A stretch of 17,989 bases of DNA from Octopus sinensis (lineage: Eukaryota), in the NCBI RefSeq assembly GCF_006345805.1, contig NW_021824778.1, forward strand, positions 1-17,989, given 5' to 3'. The position numbers and the translations under genes are program-made. Positions 1 to 8,439 of the stretch are shown piece after piece. Numbering within the stretch: position 1 is the stretch's first letter; every line of letters starts with the position of its first letter. The notes under the pieces are model-generated. The model saw nothing but the letters and a program-made list of their open reading frames with translations. It ran no database searches and was not told the origin of the DNA.

Positions 1-87
1 GCTTTACATATATAATATATCAATATAGAATATAAAAATACCAGTAATTATTAAAATATATAACGTAGAGCATAGAAAGTAAAATAG

Positions 88-212
88 AATCTTACGGCTG
101 TTTCAGCCAAGAGGCCATCGTATCCCACTCATCTTTTATCCCTCCAGTGAACTGAAGTATTTGGTAGATAAGAATAAGGTACTTGGGTGTGTCTCTGGGC
201 TTCGTCACAGAG
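88..212 (-). ncRNA. Degenerate type-I hammerhead ribozyme with ~89-nt stem II insert (Penelope pLTR type)
   Basis: Minus strand reads aCUCU-GUGACGA-AGCC-[89 nt]-GGCU-GAAAC-AGCC-GUA-AGAUU. Stem II AGCC/GGCU is perfect. The core has C3G, stem III is AGCC rather than palindromic AGCU, and stem I is imperfect, so it is probably inactive. Confidence 0.5.
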
Positions 213-339
213 TTTAGAAAGTTCATAAGAATAAGTTATAAATATAAATACATACATACACACTTTTACATATACATATATATAAATATATATAAACACA
301 TATACATATATTTAAATGTATATGCATACAAAAGAATCA

Positions 340-386
<47 letters not shown>

Positions 387-397
387 CATTATTATTA
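340..397. repeat. (ATT)n microsatellite
   Basis: About 19 ATT units with one ATC interruption. Confidence 0.97.
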
Positions 398-738
398 GGT
401 GTATTATATCATAATATTCTTATTAGATAAAGTATAAAGAGAGGTAGGAGAAAGTTATTAAAAGAGAAATAATAGTGCAATTTTAAAAATCAATGTGTCT
501 TAAGATTATTGTAGTTATGTAGGAATAAAAGTATATATACATGGGGAATATATATATGTATATACACACACACATATATATACGCATATACACACACACA
601 CACAAATATATATATATATATATATATAATATATTGATAAAAACGGTAAGATAACAAAAGAAAGAAAGATACCTCGATATTATGCAAATAGAGGAATTTA
701 TCTGTAAATGTAATATGTGACAATTATTCGGTAGCCAA

Positions 739-794
739 GATAAAACTCTGAGTTTCGGATGCCGAGGTGGAAATCCACGCCACCATCAGTTATC
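739..794 (-). ncRNA. Degenerate type-I hammerhead ribozyme
   Basis: Minus strand reads GAUAA-CUGAUGG-ugGCGUGGAUUUCCACCUCGGCAUCC-GAAAC-UCAGA-GUU-UUAUC. Stem I GAUAA/UUAUC is perfect and stem III is ACUC-A-GAGU with a GUU triplet. The core/stem II junction appears to lack nucleotides. Confidence 0.5.
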
Positions 795-865
795 CGGCCA
801 TCGGAAAAACGCTATGAAAAATGACCGTTATACAAAGGGAAATCTGTGTTATTGACAGCCATAAG

Positions 866-1128
866 ACAAGAGAGCTATTCGAATGACCTCTAATTAAGGT
901 AAGGGGGGTAAAAAGTTCATAGTATTCACGTAAGCGCGTCTGTTCATACGTGTGTGTATGTGGTTTTGTATGTATATGCATATACATTTGGCGAAGGTGG
1001 ATGAATGCATGCATACGCACGTGGGTGTGCGGGCGCACATGTGTAGGTATGAACAGGTGCGCTTACGCGAATACTATGAAATTTTATCCCCTTACCTTAC
1101 TTAGCGGTCATACGAATAGCTCTTTTGT
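866..1128. mobile_element. MITE-like element with ~80-bp terminal inverted repeats
   Basis: 866-949 (agagctattcgaatgacc...ctgttcatac) is the reverse complement of 1047-1128 at roughly 85% identity, around ~97 bp of TG-rich filler. No clear TSD. Confidence 0.7.
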
Positions 1129-1155
1129 TACTTACTTTGATTATATATATATATA

Positions 1156-1549
1156 CTCTTTTTACTCTTTTACTTGTTTCAGTCATTTGACTGCGGCCAT
1201 GCTGGAGCACCACTTTTAGTCGAGCAACTCGACCCCGGGACTTATTCTTTGTAAGCCCAGTACTTATTCTATCGATCTCTTTTGCCGAACCGCAAAGTGA
1301 CGGGGACATAAACACACCAGCATCGGTTGACAAGCAATGCTAGGGTGACAAACACAAACATACACGCACACATATATATACATATATACGACGGGCTTCT
1401 TTCAGTTTCCGTCTACCAAATCCACTCGCAAGGTTTTGGTCGGCCCGAGGCTATAGCAGAAGACACTTGCCCAAGATGCCACGCAGTGGGATTGAACCCG
1501 GAACCATGTGGTTGGTAAACAAGCTACTTACCACACAGCCACTCCTGTG

Positions 1550-1552
<3 letters not shown>
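1156..1552 (-). mobile_element. tRNA-derived CORE-type SINE (resembles octopus OR-family), full length
   Basis: Minus strand has an A box TGGCTGTGTGG (1541-1531), a B box GGTTCAATCCC (1498-1488), CORE-like gtggcatcttgggcaagtgtctt, an internal microsatellite, and a tail cagcatggccgcagtcaaatgactgaaac plus (gtaaaaga) repeats. Both flanks are (TA)n. A second copy lies at 11496-11896. Confidence 0.88.
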
Positions 1553-1581
<29 letters not shown>

Positions 1582-1585
<4 letters not shown>

Positions 1586-1897
1586 AATTGAGATAGGGGT
1601 TGTAAATACAACCCTCCATGGGATAACATATATCCAATATACTGCTAGTGAAGTACCCAACAAAGTTAATACATAAATGTTAAGAATTGCGATGCAATTA
1701 ATTCATTTACTGTATTATATGGGCAAAGGTAAAATGTTTTACCACAAATTAATAATACAAAATAAGAAAATGGAGAAATACATCTAAATCAATTATCAAC
1801 TACCAGATAATACCCAACCCATCATACTTTATTAAATCACTACATATGACATTAAGGTCAAACATAATAATATAGAACAAAACAGTGTACATGAAGG
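1582..1897 (-). repeat. Left arm of ~315-bp inverted repeat (partner 3972-4286); probable Penelope pLTR portion
   Basis: Near-identical reverse complement of 3972-4286, with a handful of substitutions and indels. On the minus strand it lies just downstream of the HHR at 2082-1956. Confidence 0.93.
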
Positions 1898-1955
1898 AGT
1901 AATATGATACAATAAGTACAATATGTATAAGAGAATATAAATAAATATAAACTAC

Positions 1956-2082
1956 ATCTTACAGCTGTTTCAGCCATGCAGATATGGGTGTCTCATTTTA
2001 CTTATATTAGCCATGTGTGATAGGTCAATATGTAGTTACAAATGAGACATTTACAAAAATATCACAAGGCCTCTTCGGAGAT
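1956..2082 (-). ncRNA. Type-I hammerhead ribozyme with 92-nt extended stem II, U4C core
   Basis: Minus strand reads AUCU-CCGAAGA-GGCC-[92 nt]-GGCU-GAAAC-AGCU-GUA-AGAU. Stem I AUCU/AGAU is perfect and stem III is palindromic (ACAGCUGU). The insert contains a 10-bp helix (plus 1989-1998 with 2040-2049) and a GAUAU/AUAUC helix. Confidence 0.65.
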
Positions 2083-3475
2083 TATGAAATACAAACCAAA
2101 TTAAATATACACCCATATAAGTGTGGGTACATACCCATAATATATCATATACACATACATATGAGTGCATATACTCATACTCCTATACATATATATATAC
2201 ATATACATAATAATATAAATAATATAAATCAATAAACATACATATGTTCCATATTCAATGTTACAGTTTTTCAACTTAATATTATGATATTACAATGTAG
2301 AAAACATACACATATTAATACTCAAATGCAGATATACAGAGTCAAGAGTACATTATATTAATTTATATTAATTTACAAAATGTCATTAATGTTAACATCA
2401 TTACTATTATCATTACCACTAATGCTACCAATATCATTGTTCTTATTATTAATAACACTAATACTAGCAAAACAATATATAAATCACATTGCTAGCAACA
2501 TAATAGCAAAACCAAGAACAACAATAGTACTACAGTACCATGCAAAGCATTAAATATCTGCATATACATACAAAATGAGAAATAAAAGCATTTGGTTTAC
2601 ATGATATTAAGTTCCACAGGTGTATAAATGTACATGCGAGTGCAATTTATAATTTCAACTGTGACACAAATACAGTATTATGTTCAGAAATAGTTAAGAA
2701 TCGAATGCTAAAATATGATTGGCTTGTACATTTAAATTTAAATTACAGTTGTCTTCTTTACGGTTGGTTTGTTAAGAAACATCCACACACGCACACTTGC
2801 AAACGTGCGCCCACACGCACATACACAGACAAATCACAACATAAGAGATACCAGCCCCCCCCCCCCACACACATGCTTACATACAAATCTACTCACATAT
2901 ATCCATAAAAATGCATACATGCAAGCACACAGACATCTATACCCAGTCGATGTACGTTATTAGCATAAGATACATAATTAAAATAACACCGCATATTTCG
3001 TAAACAAATTATCGTGCTACTGAAACTTCTATATCGTTACAATTTCGACTGTGTTTCTATTCAAACTTTCACTAATAAACCAGCACAGGCATGGGAAAAC
3101 TATACCAACAAATACACACACACACGCACGCACATCTGCACATATCCATAAACATTTATACACTCGCATGCACTGCATCTGCAAACATTCGCATATACAT
3201 ATATACATATTTAAATATGTATTTGCGTACTCATATGTATAAGAAAAACATATACACATATATCTACCCATGAATATACATATACATATAAAAACATACA
3301 TACACATACATATACATATGAACACATTTCGACATATCCACATATATTTACGAAATTACAAAATATGTCTGCTCATCAAAGGACGTATAAATACACACAC
3401 AATAAGTTAACAGAAATTACTATTAATTAAGATATAAGTAAATTAATTATAAATTAATAAATGCTATTACTTAAA

Positions 3476-3640
3476 ACAAAATAAAATAAAATTTTAAAAA
3501 AATTAAATAAATAAATAAGAATAATTAAGAATGAATGAATGAATAAATAAATAAACAAATAAATAAAAAATCAATCAATAAATAAATAGAAATATATATA
3601 TATATATCTATATATAAATAAATAGATAAATAAAATAAAA
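3476..3640. repeat. (AAAT)n/(GAAT)n/(TA)n low-complexity tract
   Basis: Runs of aaataaataa, gaatgaat and tatata. Confidence 0.85.
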
Positions 3641-3971
3641 TACAAATTAAGATGAGTACAAAGATAAACTTAATATATAAGAGTGCCAAACAAATACATG
3701 TAAAAACTTATATGCTCATCCAAAATAAACAACGTATACTAAATATAGACCCACATTTGTTACATATTAGTATAACAAAATCCCAAACCAGTGCCCTAAG
3801 ATATGATACGCATATACGCCCGACACCCGTGGAAAACTCCATGACGATCAGAATATCATGTATATATCAAAATACATATATATTTCAATATATTTTTCAA
3901 GCCGAGACAAAAACAATCAATATAGAACATATATATAGAGATACAAAATTATAAATTATAAATTATAAAGA

Positions 3972-4286
3972 CCTTCATGTACACTGTTTTGTTCTATATT
4001 ATTATGTTTGACCTTAATGTTCATATGTAGTGGTTTAATAAAATATGTGATTGGGTATTATCTGGTAGTTGATAATTGATTTAGATGTATTTCTCCATTT
4101 TCTTATTTTGTATTATTAATTTGTGGTAAAACATTTTACCTTTGCCCATATAATACAGTAAATGAATTAATTGCATCGCAATTCTTAACATTTATGTATT
4201 AACTTTGTTGGGTACTTCACTAGCAGTATATTGGATATATGTTATCCCATGGAGGGTTGCATTTACAACTCCTATCTCAATTTGTA
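3972..4286 (+). repeat. Right arm of ~315-bp inverted repeat (partner 1582-1897)
   Basis: ccttcatgtacactg...ctatctcaatttgta is the reverse complement of 1582-1897. It is followed ~145 bp later by a Penelope-like ORF start. Confidence 0.93.
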
Positions 4287-4429
4287 ACTATAGTTAACTT
4301 TCTGAGGAATCTGAATTGCTCATACTTGTGTACTTGAAACATCCACTCATTACTTTAAGTATTGATAGTATATGTGAATACACCCAAGTATAGTACATTT
4401 GTTCCTGCAGGATCATTACTGCTAGTAAA

Positions 4430-4570
4430 ATGGAGAAGATACTAATCAATTCATCAATGAAGGATGTACCCATCCCTACTAAGGTCCACTACACCAAAGA
4501 GCTAATTTATATACATTCACAGGATAAGATGGAATATTTTCCACCATGAAAACAGTACTAGCAAAATGAA
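4430..4570 (+). pseudogene. Frameshifted N-terminal fragment of a Penelope-like element ORF
   Basis: MEKILINSSMKDVPIPTKVHYTKELIY, then after a frameshift YIHRIRWNIFHHENS. This resembles the 'NYSxKNIPIP...Y...LI...FIxRxRW..F' N-terminus recalled for GIY-YIG PLE ORFs. It is preceded by an acceptor-like tttgttcctgcAG|G at 4410. Confidence 0.5.
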
Positions 4571-4944
4571 TCAAGATTTTATTTACCTAGTTACAGTGGA
4601 ATACATCCACTTGTTTTCAATAATAGAAATATTAAAATTACTAAGTCTCTCTAAAGGAGATTACGGCAGCGTTACTGGATATTAATAGTTATCGTCATAA
4701 TAATGTGGCAGTCTAAATATAAGACTAAAGCTGTCGCTGATTAGCTCCAAGAGGCCATCGCCTCTAGCTAGCTATATGACACACGAACCTGCGTCCATTA
4801 CAACCTTCGAACAGGGGAGGTCAGCCGCTTCACCTTGCTAGTCAGACATCTGCAGACATGTTTCAGTGGATGTATTCCACTGTAACTAGGTAAATAAAAT
4901 CTTCGAACAGACGGTCAGTAGTGACACCTGCGGGTCTGACTACG

Positions 4945-4985
4945 CTGCATTGATAAAGGGCAACAACCCTGAAACATGTCTGCAG
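4945..4985 (+). ncRNA. Minimal type-I hammerhead ribozyme, U3-A8 core variant (copy 1)
   Basis: CUGCA-UUGAUAA-AGGG-caacaa-CCCU-GAAAC-AU-GUC-UGCAG. Stem I is 5 bp and perfect, stem II is 4 bp and perfect, stem III is the palindrome ACAUGU. Predicted cleavage is after C4980. Confidence 0.8.
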
Positions 4986-5272
4986 ATGTCTCTTCGAAGG
5001 TTGTAATGGACGCAGGTTCGTGTGTCATATAGCTAGCTAGAGGCGATGGCCTCTTGGAGCTAATCGGCGACAGCTTTAGTCTTATATTTAGACTGCCATA
5101 TTAGTATGGCGATAATTATTAATATCCAGTAACGCTGCCGTAATCTCCGTTAGAGAGACTTAGTCATTTTAATATCTCTATTATTGAAAACAAGTGGATG
5201 TATTCCACTGTAACTAGGTAAATAAAATCTTCGAACAGACGGTCAGTAGCGACACCTGCGGGTTTGACTACG

Positions 5273-5313
5273 CTGCATTGATAAAGGGCAACAACCCTGA
5301 AACATGTCTGCAG
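5273..5313 (+). ncRNA. Minimal type-I hammerhead ribozyme, U3-A8 core variant (copy 2)
   Basis: Identical 41-nt motif 328 nt downstream of copy 1. Predicted cleavage is after C5308. Confidence 0.8.
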
Positions 5314-5477
5314 ATGTCTGACTAGCAAGGTGAAGTGGCTGACCTCCCCTGTTCGAAGGTTGTAATGGACACAGGTTCGTGTGTCATATAGCTAGCTAGA
5401 GGCGATGGCCTCTTGGAGCTAATCAGCGACAGCTTTAGTCTTATGTTTAGACTGCCATATTAGTATGGCGTTAACTA

Positions 5478-5515
<38 letters not shown>

Positions 5516-5823
5516 TATAGATGGATTGATAGCTAGATATAAATGCATACATATATTTTATGTATATATGTATTTATGTTGAGGGCTTATCTGCCCCTTT
5601 ATTAGACTATTTTCTTTAGTCATTGCACGGCGATCACCATAAGCTTTAAGCTTATATAAAAATACCATTATTATTAATTATAGGGTTATAGAATATAGTG
5701 CGATATAACAAAACTATTCGCACCGAAGACATATACAAAGTTTGTTTACATAAATATATATGTATATTTACATAAATATTCCTTATGCATATCATAGATG
5801 TATATATATATATATATCAGTCA

Positions 5824-6059
5824 CCATGATAGATCGTTAGCCACTACACATATTCTTTTTTCTCCTTGTTTTTTTCTGTGTCCCTCTCTGTAGAAGAGCG
5901 TAGGCTCGAAACGTAAAAGACTTTTTCTATTCCTGAGCGATAACGCTCAGGAATAGAAAAAGTCTTTTACGTTTCGAGCCTACGCTCTTCTACAGAGAGG
6001 GACACAGAAAAAAACAAGGAGAAAAAAGAATATGTGTAGTGGCTAACGATCTATCATGG
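5824..6059. repeat. Perfect 236-bp palindrome (116-bp arms, 4-nt ATAA loop)
   Basis: 5824-5939 is the exact reverse complement of 5944-6059, including homopolymer lengths (T6/A6, T7/A7). Confidence 0.98.
5879..5921 (+). ncRNA. Hammerhead-like motif, degenerate (mirrored on minus strand at 5962-6004)
   Basis: CUGUAGA-A-GAGC-guag-GCUC-GAAAC-GUA-AAAGAC. Stem II and GAAAC/GUA (palindrome ACGU) fit. The core has A6U plus an extra A, and stem I is weak. Confidence 0.4.
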
Positions 6060-6121
6060 CGATCTATCATGTTTGTTTTGTACACCACCTGTCTTGGTCT
6101 TTTGTTTTTTCCGTAAACTCT

Positions 6122-6125
<4 letters not shown>

Positions 6126-6166
<41 letters not shown>

Positions 6167-6202
6167 CATATATATATGTATATATCTAGATTTATATATA
6201 TA

Positions 6203-6242
<40 letters not shown>

Positions 6243-6266
6243 TATATATATACACATATATATATA
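6126..6266. repeat. (TA)n microsatellite
   Basis: About 140 bp of interrupted TA repeats; the Helitron 3' end abuts it. Confidence 0.95.
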
Positions 6267-6268
6267 CA

Positions 6269-7112
6269 CCAGCAGAATTGCCCGGCGTTGCTCGGGGCTG
6301 AATTACTTGAAAGTACTGTTAATGATTGCACTGAATGATGATGATTATTCAGGCAAATATTGATATAAGTTTACGCTGGGAGATAAGGACTTAACGATCA
6401 AACGTGTGCCATTGCATTGTTTTGGGGGAACCAAATTTCTGATGAGCATTATAGGGGCACCAACTTTAAGTTTGAGAAAGTGTGGTGGTAGTCCGGGGTG
6501 CTCAAAGGAATTGAGTACCTCTATTGGATAGTTGATGACGTCCTCTGGGTCAGGAGTTGTATCGATAGACTGATATACATAGATTTCCCCAGGAATGAGT
6601 TTTAGCATTTCATCATTAATATGGTGAACAGTTTTATTCCTTGGAGCCAGTATAGCCTTTTTGCCAATCCAATCCATATTCTGATAATTAGCTTGTAGAT
6701 CTGGGAACACTGCATCTCTGAGATCAGAAGGCATCTTAACAATGGTACAAATGGAATCGATGGCAATATTACCATTTTCATCCCCTGGTATTTTGCCTTC
6801 GCCAAGTGCAATGAGGGTGTGAGGAAATGCTGCTGATGTGATATTACGTCGCATATGAGCACGCATATTGGTGTGAAGTTTGAGAGTTACTTCCCTTAAT
6901 TTTAAAAAATGCATTAAAATGGGAAAAAATTATGGTAAATTATTTGTAAAATCGTAGACTCATCGTAGACGCGCGCTAATACCCAGAAGGGCTCGATATG
7001 AATCACGACTATAAGATACTCGGTTTTGGTTAAACTGCATCGCAAAATGTGGAGTAGTTAGGAATCTAAATCGGAGTAGACAGACACACAACCTTTCTTT
7101 TATATATAAAGA
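6269..7112 (-). mobile_element. Helitron internal-deletion derivative with both termini
   Basis: Minus strand starts A|TCTTTATATATAAAAG at 7112 and ends with hairpin CCCGAGCAACGCCGGG (6296-6281) then CTGG|T at 6269. It contains a Pif1-helicase fragment. Confidence 0.85.
6345..6914 (-). pseudogene. Helitron RepHel Pif1-family (SF1B) helicase fragment
   Basis: Motifs LHTNMR, AILAPRNKTVHHIN, YPIEVLNS, GLPPHFLKLKVGAPIMLIRNL and CNGTRLIV are typical of the Helitron Pif1 helicase. Homology spans about 6882-6375; the ORF start and end come from non-coding terminal sequence. Confidence 0.9.
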
Positions 7113-7768
7113 TTTTCGTCCTAAAAAACTTTGTATGGAGTGAATGGTTACCTCTATGGAAATATATACACACACATTATACATACATGTGTGCATAGAT
7201 GAATATATAAATACATTTAAATATCTATATACACTTTTGGGCGATCTTTCTGCTTCTTAGAGATAACTTTAGATGTTATTTTCGTCCTAAAAAACGTTGT
7301 GCGGAGTGAATGGTTACCTCTATGGAAATATATACACACACATTATACATACATGTGTGTATAGATGAATATATAAATACATTTAAATATCTATATACAC
7401 TTTTGGGCGATCTTTCTGTTTCTTAGAGATAACTTTAGATCTTATATTCGTCCTAAATAACTTTGTATGGAGTGAATGGTTACCTCTATGGAAATATATA
7501 CACACACATTATACATACATGTGTGTGTCTATATACACTTTTGGGCGACTGCTACTTAGAGATAACTTTAGATGTTATTTTCGTCCTAAAAAACTTTGTG
7601 CGGAGTGAATGGTTACCTGTATGGAAATATATACACACACGTTATACATACATGTGTGCATAGATGAATATATAAATACATTTAAATATCTATATACACT
7701 TTTGGGCGATCTTTCTGCTTCTTAGAGATAACTTTAGATGTTATATTCGTCCTAAATAACTTTGCATG
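7113..7768. repeat. 166-bp tandem repeat (about 4 units plus a partial) with dimeric higher-order pattern
   Basis: The anchor ttcgtcctaaa occurs at 7115, 7281, 7447, 7580 and 7746, giving periods 166, 166, 133 and 166. Confidence 0.95.
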
Positions 7769-8439
7769 AATTGAAAAAGAAAATGAATTGAAATTCTAAA
7801 AGAAAGGAATTTGTTTACATACATGTGTAAAATGGCAAATGTTTGTGCAGTTGTCCGATGGAACTGATGTATTATAATGAATAGTCCTTCTTCTTGTGAA
7901 TATTAATTTGATTAATATGAACTGAAAACCAGTGGTGTAGCATAGGTGATCGTCTAGCAAAAAAGATGACCAGTCTGAATGGGTCATCCCTGTCACACAC
8001 ACACACACACGCACCCTCACACACACGCACACACACACACACAGACACACACGCACACACACACACGTTAGCTTACAATGTGTCAACAATTGACACTGTC
8101 GTATATATTAGCGTGTCTATGTGTCTAAAGAGGAAGTGGGAGTAATAGGCAGAGTAAAGGCTTCAAAGTGAAATGTTAAAATATTGAGTTTTCTCGAATT
8201 TTGTCTTAATTGGGGGTGAAATTGAAAGAAATTTTGTATGGCATGACCCAATGAAAGTTCTTTGAAAAATCATAGGTAAAGTCTAATTGAAGAAATTGTG
8301 TGAGGAGTAAATCGTTATGTATTTATTTGTTTCTGTTTGCTGCTTTTTATTTTTTGAGTAGTGTTGTAAGGTAGACTTGCAAAGAGAAAGTCGTAGAAAT
8401 GAGAGTGATAGCGTGAGTGAATCAGATCGCTCCCTTTTT

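Larger units (their letters stand above)
4573..5483. repeat. Inverted plus tandem array of a ~359-bp HHR-bearing unit (PLE pLTR / retrozyme-like)
   Basis: 4573-4865 is an inverted partial unit, 4866-5193 is a direct unit (328 bp, 32 nt replaced by 1 nt), and 5194-5483 is a direct unit running into (AT)n. Copies differ by about 3%. Confidence 0.93.

Noticed and set aside
107-120. 14-nt match CCAAGAGGCCATCG shared with the 4573-5483 unit (4747-4760 and reverse copies)
   Set aside because: Flanks do not align and the structural context differs; may be chance or remote ancestry and cannot be supported.
1160-1210. SINE/LINE tail hairpin followed by GAAAC-AA-GUA, superficially hammerhead-like
   Set aside because: No CUGANGA-like core before the stem and no stem I; better explained as the LINE-recognition stem-loop.
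1470-1552. tRNA-like A/B boxes (also ~11815-11896)
   Set aside because: These are SINE heads continuing into CORE and tail sequence; no complete cloverleaf or acceptor stem, so not tRNA genes.
183-3343. Many 60-105 aa ORFs rich in Y/I/H/T/C/V
   Set aside because: They are translations of (TA)n, (CA)n, (TACA)n and (ATT)n repeats or SINE/MITE sequence, with no protein motifs.
5628-5735. Short palindromes ATAAGCTT-T-AAGCTTAT and GTGCGA/TCGCAC
   Set aside because: Too short to distinguish from chance in AT-rich DNA, with no associated element.
7113-7768. Regular repeats as a CRISPR-like array (also 13583-13676)
   Set aside because: Contiguous tandem units without unique spacers, eukaryotic context, and no cas genes.
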